DNA of 64,000 bases from positions 1 through 64,000 of IMG/VR virus record IMGVR_UViG_3300044986_000731; one strand, 5' to 3'. Both the position numbers and the translations under genes were made by a program. The stretch is from a virus. Below, in pieces: positions 19,017-27,467 of this stretch (position 1 is its first letter; each line of letters starts with the position of its first letter). The notes below the pieces were generated by a model, which saw only the letters and a program-made list of their open reading frames with translations, did no database searches and was not told the DNA's origin.

Positions 19017-19327
19017 GCAAGAATTTTGACGAACTGACCACGCTGGTCGAGCAGTGGGCGAGCGATCGCGGGATCATCGCCTTCTCGTCCCCGTCCGCTC
19101 AACTGCTCAAGACCATGAGCGAGTTGGGAGAACTGGCCGACGCCACGATCAAACTCGACTCTCACGAGATCGTCGACGGAATTGGCGACGTGCTCGTGAC
19201 CCTGATCATCTACGCGAGGATGCAGGGCTTCACGCTCACGGAGTGCCTCGACGCGGCCTACGCCGAGATCAAGGACCGCCGGGGGCAACTCTCGGCGTCT
19301 GGCGTGTTCGTGAAGGAGCAGAGTTGA
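19013..19327 (+). CDS. MazG-like nucleotide pyrophosphohydrolase
   Basis: WA.DRG, ELGELADA, DGIGDVLVTL, AYAEIKDR.G. Confidence 0.85.
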   Translation: MSKNFDELTTLVEQWASDRGIIAFSSPSAQLLKTMSELGELADATIKLDSHEIVDGIGDVLVTLIIYARMQGFTLTECLDAAYAEIKDRRGQLSASGVFVKEQS

Positions 19328-19530
19328 CCGAGGACATTGAGACGCTTCGCGATCAACTGAACGAGTCGGTGGCCGAGTGCCACAGGCTCAAGGTGCTGTG
19401 CGTGTCCTCTCAGTGGCTGACAGACGAGGAGGTCGCCGTGCTCGTTGAGATCAGGGACCGTCACGGCCTGCCCCCACGGCTCGCGGCCACGATCAACTCC
19501 ATCCTGACGCGACTGGGGAGTAACGGATGA
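19324..19530 (+). CDS. hypothetical protein (LT-x-x-E-motif family)
   Basis: TTG start after AAGGAG; WLTDEEV...AATINSILTRL. Confidence 0.55.
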   Translation: MTEDIETLRDQLNESVAECHRLKVLCVSSQWLTDEEVAVLVEIRDRHGLPPRLAATINSILTRLGSNG

Positions 19531-19601
19531 AGTTCGCGTTATTCGAGTGCGTCGCGTTGTACGTGGCGCTGTGCGCGTTGCTGGTGCCGTGGTTTCTGTA
19601 A
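19527..19601 (+). CDS. 24-aa hydrophobic peptide MKFALFECVALYVALCALLVPWFL
   Basis: GGGAG RBS, ATGA overlap, fills the gap exactly; below the ORF-track cutoff. Confidence 0.45.
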   Translation: MKFALFECVALYVALCALLVPWFL

Positions 19602-19608
19602 GAAAATC

Positions 19609-20145
19609 ATGCACTTTTTTACTTCCGATTTGCACCTCGGCCACGGGAACATCATCCGCCATTGTTCTCGCGATTTCGGCACCGTGGCCGCGATGGATGC
19701 GGGAATCATCGCCGCGATCAACGCCATTGTGACGCACAGAGACATCCTATGGGTGCTCGGAGACTTCGCGTTTCGAGGCCGAGACCCGTGCCACTACAGG
19801 CAGCAAATCAACTGCCCGGACGTGCGGCTGATCCTCGGGAACCACGACCGGCGTGTCCGATCCATGAAGGCGGGATTTCGGCAGGTCAGCGATGTGGCTG
19901 AGATCAGCGTCGGCAGGCAGAGAATCTGGATGAGCCACTACGCCCACCGCTCGTGGCCTGCGTCACACCGAGGCTCGTGGCATCTCTACGGTCACTCGCA
20001 TGGATCGCTCGACGCCGAGGACCGCGAGAAGCAGACCAACTCGCTCGACGTTGGCGTGGACAACTTCTACCAGTGCGGACCGCCGCAGTGGTCTCCGTGG
20101 TCTCTGGACGACGTCTCGCGAGTCCTGCCGAGGGCTTCGCGATGA
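19609..20145 (+). CDS. calcineurin-like metallophosphoesterase
   Basis: SDLHLGH, LGD, GNHD, HY, GHSH. Confidence 0.9.
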   Translation: MHFFTSDLHLGHGNIIRHCSRDFGTVAAMDAGIIAAINAIVTHRDILWVLGDFAFRGRDPCHYRQQINCPDVRLILGNHDRRVRSMKAGFRQVSDVAEISVGRQRIWMSHYAHRSWPASHRGSWHLYGHSHGSLDAEDREKQTNSLDVGVDNFYQCGPPQWSPWSLDDVSRVLPRASR

Positions 20146-20372
20146 CATGCCCGATCTGCGACCAGAAGACGATCAACTGCGACTGCACGGATGCAGATCG
20201 TCGCAATGCGGAACTCGAAGAACTCGTCGAGGTGCTGAGGGCAGAGGTCGAGCGGCTCAAACTCACGTACTCAGAGCGAGAAGCGATTGCTGCGGCGATT
20301 GACGCCGAGCATCGGCGAGGTGCGTGGCGGTGGGCCGATTCGCTGCGTGGGCTGCTGGAGAGGACTCGATGA
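20142..20372 (+). CDS. hypothetical protein (LRGLLERT family)
   Basis: CPIC..CDC; C-terminal LTYSERE...LRGLLERTR. Confidence 0.6.
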   Translation: MTCPICDQKTINCDCTDADRRNAELEELVEVLRAEVERLKLTYSEREAIAAAIDAEHRRGAWRWADSLRGLLERTR

Positions 20373-20884
20373 GCACGCTCGCCGTCTACACGGATCGTGG
20401 ACGCCAGTACTCCGACGAGGCGGACGCCGCGATGGAGGCCTACTGTGAGTTGCAGATGCTCAAGCCCGGAGACTCGATATGGGACGGATTCTCGTATGCC
20501 AAGACCGTCGAGCCGTGCCCGTTCGATTTCGTCATAATCAAGCACGGTCGCATTGCGGCGATCGTCGAGGTCAAGGCCCGCAACATGACGTCAGCGCAGT
20601 TGTTCAAGGAGTACGGCGGAGAGTGGCTCCTGTCGCTGCGGAAATACGCTGATCTCAGGACTGCATCCGAGATGCTCCGCGTTCCTGCCTACGGGCTGCT
20701 GTATCTCCTCGGGGACGGCACCCTGCTCCGCCAGCGGCTGTGCGGCCCGGATCAAGACTCGTGCCGCATGCGGGTCGAGACCTCGCCCACACAGGCGACG
20801 TGCAATGGCGGGACGAAGAGCATTGCCAATTGCTACATCTGCATGCAGACCGCGAAAGCGATCGAGATTCCGAGGGTGAAGTGA
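20369..20884 (+). CDS. PD-(D/E)XK nuclease-like protein
   Basis: PFDF...IVEVKAR. Confidence 0.6.
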   Translation: MSTLAVYTDRGRQYSDEADAAMEAYCELQMLKPGDSIWDGFSYAKTVEPCPFDFVIIKHGRIAAIVEVKARNMTSAQLFKEYGGEWLLSLRKYADLRTASEMLRVPAYGLLYLLGDGTLLRQRLCGPDQDSCRMRVETSPTQATCNGGTKSIANCYICMQTAKAIEIPRVK

Positions 20885-21135
20885 TGCCAATTTCGCTGAC
20901 GATCGCCGCCCTCTGGTTGCTCGTGTTTGTAACGCTGCTCGCGGTGGTGTGGAGCAGGCCGATGCCTGTCGCTACCGAACCGCCAGACGACGCGGTCGCG
21001 ATAGGCGACGGCTACATGCGAGTGTGGGCCACTCCACGTCGCGTGCACGTTCGGTTTCGCAACACCGGAGTGACGGTTCTCTTCGACCGGAGAGCGTCAA
21101 AAGAGTTCGGAGAGTGGCTTGCTTCGTTGGAGTAG
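20884..21135 (+). CDS. membrane-anchored hypothetical protein
   Basis: N-terminal hydrophobic helix. Confidence 0.55.
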   Translation: MPISLTIAALWLLVFVTLLAVVWSRPMPVATEPPDDAVAIGDGYMRVWATPRRVHVRFRNTGVTVLFDRRASKEFGEWLASLE

Positions 21136-21136
21136 C

Positions 21137-21229
21137 CAGCGAACGCCCGCGATCCCCAGCGGCGAGGAAAGGACGATGACTGAACAGAAAGACAATGCCG
21201 GGCCGTCTGGTGCATCCGCTGGTTATGCC
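21137..21229. mobile_element. attC-like recombination hairpin 1
   Basis: AAC(21142)-N6-GATCCCCAGCGGC...GCCG-T-CTGGTG-C-ATC-N5-GTT(21222); two extra bases on the 3' arm; RBS and ATG in the loop. Confidence 0.65.
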
Positions 21230-21670
21230 GCGCTGCTTCGCGACCCGCGATGGCAGCGGCGGCGGCTTCACATACTTCAGCGAGACGATTTCTGCTGCAC
21301 GGCCTGCGGCAACGGAGAATCGACGCTACATGTTCACCACAAGAGATACAGCGGAAAGCCTTGGGAGGCTGCGGACGACGATCTCCAAACACTGTGCGAA
21401 CAGTGCCACGCTGCGATTGGTCCGCACCCAAAGGGTGGCGTTTTCTACGAGTGGTGGATACTGGACGACGACAACAAAATGCTTTCAATCGCCTATGAGC
21501 ATTGCCCGCTATGCGGCGACGCCAAGGATGCCAGCCACAGCGGGATCGTGGCGTTTTCGTGCGGCCACAGTTTCTACTTGTCAGAACTACACGGCACTGG
21601 GATTGAGACGCAGTGGCAGGGAACTCACCGGGACGCCGAGTGCGGACCACCTGCTTTTGTCATGGCATAA
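21176..21670 (+). CDS. HNH endonuclease (cassette 1)
   Basis: PRWQRRR..ILQRD.F.CTAC...LHVHH..Y...LQTLCEQCH; stop codon lies within the GGCATAAC box. Confidence 0.8.
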   Translation: MTEQKDNAGPSGASAGYAALLRDPRWQRRRLHILQRDDFCCTACGNGESTLHVHHKRYSGKPWEAADDDLQTLCEQCHAAIGPHPKGGVFYEWWILDDDNKMLSIAYEHCPLCGDAKDASHSGIVAFSCGHSFYLSELHGTGIETQWQGTHRDAECGPPAFVMA

Positions 21671-21756
21671 CACGCGAGATCAACAGCCGCGAACGAAGGA
21701 GGCGGCAACCATGAGCGACGAGAATGAGCGGTCTGTTGCATCGGCTGGTTCTGCGA
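21664..21756. mobile_element. attC-like recombination hairpin 2
   Basis: AAC(21669)-N6-GATCAACAGCCGC...GCGG-T-CTGTTG-C-ATC-N5-GTT(21748); perfect stem apart from the extra C and T. Confidence 0.7.
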
Positions 21757-21983
21757 TCACCGCACGCGAACTGTTTGAGTCGCTCACCCATCGGCAGCGA
21801 GTGCTGTTGCTGGAATCGATAGGAAGCGTGCCGCGATGGGTGGTGTGCGGAAACGCGATCCAGAGGACGGCGGCGGCTCCCGTGGTGTTCGTCAGGGCGT
21901 ACCGATCGCATAGGCGTGGAGGGATGACGGTGCGACAGGCGGCGTACTGGGCATGGAGATGGGCGCAGGCGTTTTGCCTGTGA
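21711..21983 (+). CDS. hypothetical protein (cassette 2)
   Basis: ATG inside hairpin 2 after AAGGAGG; begins MSDENERSVASAGS. Confidence 0.6.
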   Translation: MSDENERSVASAGSAITARELFESLTHRQRVLLLESIGSVPRWVVCGNAIQRTAAAPVVFVRAYRSHRRGGMTVRQAAYWAWRWAQAFCL

Positions 21984-21987
21984 GGAT

Positions 21988-22080
21988 TCGCAGAACGCGC
22001 AGGATCAGGACAGGCGAACGATGAACACTGACGAACCAAAAAACGCGGCCGAGCCGTCTCCTGCATCGGCTGGTTCTGTG
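21988..22080. mobile_element. attC-like recombination hairpin 3
   Basis: AAC(21994)-N6-GATCAGGACAGGC...GCCG-T-CTCCTG-C-ATC-N5-GTT(22073). Confidence 0.65.
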
Positions 22081-22341
22081 GCTGGCAAGCCTGTGGCGGC
22101 GTGGGCGGTGGTCTGCGGAGATTGCGTCGATTCGACGTTCACCGACCGAGACGAGGCAATTGAGTGGGCATGTGGGCTTATCCCACCGGCGCATATCGTC
22201 CCGCTCTATCGCAGGCATGACGCGATGAGCCTGACAGCCGATGAGCGGGTTTCGCTTCAGTGGGTCGTCGGAGACGCACTGTCCGTTGACGGGATTTCGA
22301 TTCAAGCAACGCTGCGGGGCTTGCTGGAGCGGACGAAGTGA
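22021..22341 (+). CDS. hypothetical protein (cassette 3; LRGLLERT family)
   Basis: begins MNTDEPKNAAEPSPASAGS; PVAAW...PLYR; ends TLRGLLERTK. Confidence 0.7.
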   Translation: MNTDEPKNAAEPSPASAGSVAGKPVAAWAVVCGDCVDSTFTDRDEAIEWACGLIPPAHIVPLYRRHDAMSLTADERVSLQWVVGDALSVDGISIQATLRGLLERTK

Positions 22342-22389
22342 CGCAGAACCAGTGTTTATCGAGAACCGCCTAGTTGCGTTATCGCTGCA

Positions 22390-22602
22390 ATGCCCGCCAT
22401 CACCATAAAATTCATACTCCCCGACGAGCAGGCCGAGTTTGACGCCGCGCGCACGGGGGTGGAGTCTCGCCGAGTCCTGTGGCAGATCGATCAGCACTGC
22501 CGGTCGATCTGCAAGCACGGTGAGCCAACCGCAGAAGAGAGGCGGCTGGCCGAAGAGATACGGGAAATGATCCGCGACTCGTGCGAGAATCTACTGGACT
22601 AA
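22390..22602 (+). CDS. conserved phage hypothetical protein
   Basis: F.LPDE..EF..A..G....VLW.IDQ..RS..KHG. Confidence 0.7.
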   Translation: MPAITIKFILPDEQAEFDAARTGVESRRVLWQIDQHCRSICKHGEPTAEERRLAEEIREMIRDSCENLLD

Positions 22603-22835
22603 TGAGCGTATCGATCATCAGGCCGGGAACGAAGGTCACCATCGGCGGTCGCGAGTTTCCGATCTCAGCGACCGTCGTCGCGGTGTGCATGCGAGGCGAG
22701 GAATGTTCCCCTACTTACCAAGTCGCATACTGGGCAGGTGAGTTGCGGATGAAGGCATGGCTATCACCGTCTGAACTCACCACTCGCTCGCAAAAGTGTG
22801 CTAGGATTGGCTTTCTCGCGGAGGGGACGCCGTGA
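22602..22835 (+). CDS. hypothetical protein
   Basis: TAATG coupling; C-terminal RIGF. Confidence 0.55.
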   Translation: MSVSIIRPGTKVTIGGREFPISATVVAVCMRGEECSPTYQVAYWAGELRMKAWLSPSELTTRSQKCARIGFLAEGTP

Positions 22836-22844
22836 GAATGCGAG

Positions 22845-23270
22845 ATGCAATTATCGTCGTCGGTGATCGGCGAGATCGGCCGGCTCCTCGTATCGGCCGA
22901 ACTGCTGCGCCGCGGATACTCAGTCTCCCGTCCGGAGGCTGATGTCGGCCACGACATCGTCTCGATCTCTCCGAGCGGCGCCGCGTGGCGACTGCAAATC
23001 AAGGCACGTAGCGGCTATCCGCAGTTCGTCGTGCGGAGAGGCTCCCGGCGTAATCAGGCATACAGCCGCGAGGACGCTGACGGATTCGTATTCGCCGAGT
23101 TGACCAGTCATCGCTTCTGGATCATCCCGATCGACTGCGTCGGGGAGTCTCGCAGCGTTTCGATGAAGCGAAACTCGCCGTGGCTCTCGGCGTGGGGAAT
23201 CCTCGACAGCAGTCCGTGCCCGATCGCAGCCGCGATATCGCAACTCGGGAGGCTCGGAAATGCCACTTGA
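22845..23270 (+). CDS. PD-(D/E)XK endonuclease (PDDEXK_5-like)
   Basis: GEIG...ELLRRGY.VS.P....GHD...RLQIKA. Confidence 0.7.
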   Translation: MQLSSSVIGEIGRLLVSAELLRRGYSVSRPEADVGHDIVSISPSGAAWRLQIKARSGYPQFVVRRGSRRNQAYSREDADGFVFAELTSHRFWIIPIDCVGESRSVSMKRNSPWLSAWGILDSSPCPIAAAISQLGRLGNAT

Positions 23271-23643
23271 GTCAGCGATCACGCGATCGATCCAGCGGTA
23301 CGCGCACGGCCACGGGTGGTGGACGCTGAAAATTCACGGCGGTCCGTTTCAGACCGCCGGAATCCCCGACCTGCTCTGCGTGAAGTACGGTCGGGCAGTT
23401 TTTCTCGAAGTGAAGCAGCCGGGCAAGTCTGCGACAAAACTCCAAGACCACCGCATCGGCGAGATCAGGTCGGTCGGCGGCGCAGTTGCCGAAGTCGTCA
23501 AAAGTCTGGATGAGGCTCGGGAGGTGCTCGATGGGGTCGATCACAAGCAAGCAGCCGCCGCAACCTCCGCGACGGAGATGGGTGTGGCGTCTCGTGGAGC
23601 GAGAGGACGGGACAACGACACGAAGACTGGTGCAGGTCGATGA
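23260..23643 (+). CDS. VRR-NUC domain nuclease (putative resolvase)
   Basis: ES.I...I, GIPDL, FLEVK.PG...T.LQ. Confidence 0.85.
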   Translation: MPLESAITRSIQRYAHGHGWWTLKIHGGPFQTAGIPDLLCVKYGRAVFLEVKQPGKSATKLQDHRIGEIRSVGGAVAEVVKSLDEAREVLDGVDHKQAAAATSATEMGVASRGARGRDNDTKTGAGR

Positions 23644-23921
23644 TCTCAGCGAACTCGTACCCAAGCGAAGAGCCGAGCGTGGTGTACGCGACGCTGATGG
23701 AGGTGAACCCCGAGGCGAAGGTCGCGGTCGGGTTTGAGCGGGCGTACCTTGGATGCACGGTCGGGACTCGCCCCGTCGCCGTCTACGAGTACGAGACTTG
23801 CATCGAGATCATCCGCAGCAAGGGCGACATCAGCGAAGAAGACGCCGTGCTCTACTTCTACTACCACACAGTGTCCCAGTGCACATGCGAAGACTCGCCA
23901 CACTTCGTGAGGGTGACGTGA
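23640..23921 (+). CDS. hypothetical protein (paralog of 16643-16900)
   Basis: NPEA...GFERA.LG...VAVY....CIEI....SEEDA. Confidence 0.65.
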   Translation: MISANSYPSEEPSVVYATLMEVNPEAKVAVGFERAYLGCTVGTRPVAVYEYETCIEIIRSKGDISEEDAVLYFYYHTVSQCTCEDSPHFVRVT

Positions 23922-24031
23922 TGCAGATCGAATGGAAGGCTCCTGCGACGACTCAGCCGCAGGTCATCAGAGTGAAGGTGGGCAAGCCCGAGACGACCGT
24001 GATCAAGGTGGTGACCGTTGACACCAAGTAG
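23921..24031 (+). CDS. 36-aa hypothetical protein
   Basis: ATG 23921 coupled to the upstream stop. Confidence 0.4.
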   Translation: MQIEWKAPATTQPQVIRVKVGKPETTVIKVVTVDTK

Positions 24032-24440
24032 TCTGGAAGCGATAACTTCCGCCGTTGGTTCGTTGTCGGACTACGACGCAACCGAGATCGCGACGCACCT
24101 GACGCGAGCCGGCAGCGAGTTCCAGTCCGAGGTCCGCGACCGCAGCGGATCGACGACGGCGATCGCGATCATGCGAGAGCCTCCGTACCGGATCGTGTCA
24201 TGGACGGCGACACATCGATGGCAGGGACTGCAAACGATCGAGGGCTTCACGCGAGCAACCCATCGTCGTCGTGGGCTGTTTCGTTGTGGCGTCTCGCTGC
24301 TCGTCTCTTGCGGTGCGCTCACTCCGGCAGAGCCGGTGGCCGTCTTCAACCCAGCCTGCATCTCGATCGCGCGGTTCGCCGGCTTTCGAGACGTCCGACT
24401 ATACGAGCGCCGCGACGGCGAGTGGCGGCGGAACTCGTAG
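24018..24440 (+). CDS. GNAT-like acetyltransferase
   Basis: IEGFTRATHRRRGLF acetyl-CoA-binding-like motif. Confidence 0.5.
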   Translation: MTPSSLEAITSAVGSLSDYDATEIATHLTRAGSEFQSEVRDRSGSTTAIAIMREPPYRIVSWTATHRWQGLQTIEGFTRATHRRRGLFRCGVSLLVSCGALTPAEPVAVFNPACISIARFAGFRDVRLYERRDGEWRRNS

Positions 24441-24543
24441 GCAAGCCCCTCCGGTGGTCACCCTCGGCGGCGTGCGGAATCCCCGTCCCGCACGTCGCCG
24501 AGGGGCCATTGGATGCGGGAGACCACGGAGGAGGAGACGACGA

Positions 24544-24816
24544 ATGATCTCGTTGAAGGAGTTGCGGACGGTGTGGGGCACGGCGACAGTCACCCAGATC
24601 GCACGCCTGTACAAGATCAAGCCCAGCACGGTGAGGAGACTGGCCGACTCGATCAATCTGATCGAGGAAGGCCCGGACGACGACGATCCTCGCCCGGAAG
24701 AGATCGCCGAGAGAGCAGAGAGCGTACGCAGTACGTGGACTCCAGAGGAGGAGTCACGGCGGGTTGTCGGCGGAAGAGCGAGGCGAGAATGGACACCACC
24801 GTCGATACGCTGCTGA
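24544..24816 (+). CDS. small HTH-like protein (paralog of 27445-27837)
   Basis: GGAGGAG RBS; TVTQIARLYKIKPSTV; DPRPEEIAERA..VR..W..EEE.RR. Confidence 0.6.
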   Translation: MISLKELRTVWGTATVTQIARLYKIKPSTVRRLADSINLIEEGPDDDDPRPEEIAERAESVRSTWTPEEESRRVVGGRARREWTPPSIRC

Positions 24817-25352
24817 CTGGCCTGTTCGACGCTCTTGGCTCCGATAAAGGGTCGCAAGGGCACGCACACCAGTACTCGCAGGACTACGCGAGGCTCGTCG
24901 GCCGCGACATCGAGCGGCTCGTCGAGATCGGCATCGGCACGCACCTGAACTTCAACGGCTCGTGCGGCTCGATCAGGGCGTGGCTGGAGTGGCTCCCGAA
25001 CACCGAGATCGTCGGGTTCGACCTCCTGCCGCCGACCGTCGCGATCGAGAATCCGCGATTTCGTTTCGTGCAGGGCGATCAGGGGTCGCGGGACAGCCTC
25101 TCGCGTCTCGCCGCCGTGGTGTCGCCGGCGGACGTGATCATCGACGACGGCTCGCACCTGTCGGAGCACCAGAGACTCACGCTCGAAGTCTTGTGGGACT
25201 CACTGCGTCCCGGCGGCATATACGTGATTGAAGACGCGCACTTCCGCTGGGGGTCGCCTCCGCACCCGATCGACTACCTGCCGCAGGACGCAAGATTCGA
25301 GCGGTTCATCGGGCAGCACAGCGGGGGCATCGTGTTGCGGAGGCCTGTGTGA
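24789..25352 (+). CDS. class I SAM-dependent methyltransferase
   Basis: GSDK, VEIGIG, GFD, QGDQ, IIDDGSH, LRPGGIYVIED. Confidence 0.85.
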   Translation: MDTTVDTLLTGLFDALGSDKGSQGHAHQYSQDYARLVGRDIERLVEIGIGTHLNFNGSCGSIRAWLEWLPNTEIVGFDLLPPTVAIENPRFRFVQGDQGSRDSLSRLAAVVSPADVIIDDGSHLSEHQRLTLEVLWDSLRPGGIYVIEDAHFRWGSPPHPIDYLPQDARFERFIGQHSGGIVLRRPV

Positions 25353-25924
25353 CGACGCGGGCTGTGATCAGCATGGCGACAGGCGGGCGTTGGCAGAAGA
25401 TCGCCGACGTGACGTGGCCTGCCATGAGACGCTACTCGCATTCAATCGGAGCGATCTGGTGCGGCTACATGGCAGGGTGGCCCACGAGCCGGCCTGATCC
25501 GTGGAGGAAACTCTGCTGCATTGCCGACACGCTCGCGTACGCGGATGAAGTCCTCTGGCTCGACGCGGACGTGGTGGTGTGCGGCTCGCCGCCGAACATC
25601 TTCGAGGAGTTCGATCCCGAGTGCGATCAGGCAATGGCGATGCACCCGAATCCAGAGCACCACAACACGGGTGTGTGGCTGTTGCGACGGTCGATGCTGC
25701 CACACCTCGTGTCGGCGGCGATGCAGGACGAGTTCGTGCATCACCGCTGGTGGGAGCAGGCTGCGATTCATCGGGTCATGGAGTCCATGAGCATCGAGAC
25801 GCAGACGCTGCCCGAGCGGTGGAACTGCTGGAGCGGCTCTCCGGCTGACATCGAGCCGTGCTTCCGGCATGCGTGCGGGATGCCCGATCAACTCGCCGCC
25901 GTCACGGAGTGGGCCTCCCGATGA
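25349..25924 (+). CDS. GT-A glycosyltransferase (GT34-like)
   Basis: WRK, WLDAD, NTGVW, WWEQAA, WN, FRH. Confidence 0.75.
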   Translation: MTTRAVISMATGGRWQKIADVTWPAMRRYSHSIGAIWCGYMAGWPTSRPDPWRKLCCIADTLAYADEVLWLDADVVVCGSPPNIFEEFDPECDQAMAMHPNPEHHNTGVWLLRRSMLPHLVSAAMQDEFVHHRWWEQAAIHRVMESMSIETQTLPERWNCWSGSPADIEPCFRHACGMPDQLAAVTEWASR

Positions 25925-26592
25925 TCCTGCTTTCGCAGTGGTACGAGCCGGAGGACGCCGACAGACTCAGCGAACTGCGGCACGCGAGGAAGTTCAACGA
26001 GAGTTCTCCGCTCTTCGACGAGTGCGTCTATCTGGATGGCACGAAGTCTCGGAGGACGTTTCGAGACCTCTTTGATCTGGCCGCGACGCACTACCGCGAC
26101 TCCGTGTGTGTCATCGCGAACGCTGACATCACGTTCGAGGACGGGTGCGAGATGCTCCCCGACATTGCAGACGCAGGGAGACTCATCGCGTTGACGCGGT
26201 GGGAGGACGAGTGCAGTCCGAGGCTGCTCGGGCACCTGCTCGACGAGTCTCGGGCGTTCTTTTCTGGCACGCAAGACTCGTGGGTATTCGTCGGCGACAG
26301 ACTCCCGCACCTCAACGAAATCATCACTTTTGGACACACCGGATGCGACCAAAGGATCGTCGGCTGGGCAGCAAAGAACGGTGTCGAGGTCATCGACCCG
26401 GCCATCGACATCAGGTCTCGCCATCATCATTGGGAGCGGTCGCGACCGCATCGAGAGGCGTGCTTCGGCACGTACGGATACCCGCACCTGACGGGGCTGT
26501 CCTACACAGGACTAGTGCTGCTGCATGAGTGGATGTCCGACGTGCCGACGTACATCGGCGAAATCAAGGACACGAAGAAATGCCCACGGTGA
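25921..26592 (+). CDS. glycosyltransferase-like protein
   Basis: ANADI, ALTRW, TQDSWVF, GCDQRI, NP/DP...HHH. Confidence 0.55.
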   Translation: MILLSQWYEPEDADRLSELRHARKFNESSPLFDECVYLDGTKSRRTFRDLFDLAATHYRDSVCVIANADITFEDGCEMLPDIADAGRLIALTRWEDECSPRLLGHLLDESRAFFSGTQDSWVFVGDRLPHLNEIITFGHTGCDQRIVGWAAKNGVEVIDPAIDIRSRHHHWERSRPHREACFGTYGYPHLTGLSYTGLVLLHEWMSDVPTYIGEIKDTKKCPR

Positions 26593-27467
26593 CATTCGAC
26601 GACGTCGTGTCGCACGACCCGGACACGCTCCTGCCGCCCGACGAGGAGTTCGCGGCCGAGTACGACTCACGAGTGGCAGCCGGCGAGGAGGCCGCGTCGA
26701 AACTCGATGTGTGCTTCACAGCGATCTGCCGCAACGCGATGCCGTGGTTGCCGTTGACGCTCGACCGCGTGGCGAAGACCGCGAGCAAGTTTCGCTCGGC
26801 CAAGGTCTTCGTGTTCGAGAACGACTCGCAAGATGGCACAGACGAGTTCCTGCGGCAGGCCGCAGCGGAGAACGACTGGCTCGAAGTCAAGTCGACGAAG
26901 AACGGGCGACCGCATCTGAACTACACCAAGTCATCCGAGCGGACAGTCGCGCTTGCTGAGTATCGCAATGCGTGCCGCGAGTGGGTCGCCGAGCACTGCG
27001 GCAGCACGGACATCACCGTGGTCTTCGACACGGACCCGTGGGGCGGGTGGTCGATCAGCGGCGTGATGAACACGATCGGCCATCTCGTCGACCCCGCGTA
27101 CGAGTCCGCAGCCGGCATGGCGGCGTACTCGTGGTGTGAATGGGAGAGGCCGCACTGGTACCGGCGAGATGCTTGCCACTACGACGCCTTCGCCTGTCGG
27201 TGGACGTGGTGGCGAGAGCATCTCGACATGCGGTGGTTCCACATGTGGCACCCTCCAGTGGGGTCGCCGCCGGTGCGGGTGAATTCTGCTTTCGGACAAC
27301 TGGGGGTGTATCGCACGAGGAACTACGTCCTCGGGCGGTACGAGGGCGGTGACTGCGAGCACGTCTCGCATTGGAAAACATGCGGCGGGGGCTGCTTCCT
27401 GAATCCATCCCAGAGGGTGGTTTCGTTCTGGGTGCCCCGGTCCGATGAAGAAAAACAACCAGCCTGA
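26580..27467 (+). CDS. glycosyltransferase (CAP59/GT69-like)
   Basis: CRN, FENDSQDGT, LAEYRN, YDAFA, VNSAFG.LGVY, CEHV. Confidence 0.7.
   Translation: MPTVTFDDVVSHDPDTLLPPDEEFAAEYDSRVAAGEEAASKLDVCFTAICRNAMPWLPLTLDRVAKTASKFRSAKVFVFENDSQDGTDEFLRQAAAENDWLEVKSTKNGRPHLNYTKSSERTVALAEYRNACREWVAEHCGSTDITVVFDTDPWGGWSISGVMNTIGHLVDPAYESAAGMAAYSWCEWERPHWYRRDACHYDAFACRWTWWREHLDMRWFHMWHPPVGSPPVRVNSAFGQLGVYRTRNYVLGRYEGGDCEHVSHWKTCGGGCFLNPSQRVVSFWVPRSDEEKQPA

Noticed and set aside
20891-21144. Fourth cassette formed by TTTCGCTG pairing with CAGCGAAC
   Set aside because: No GTT core and no hairpin upstream; probably chance
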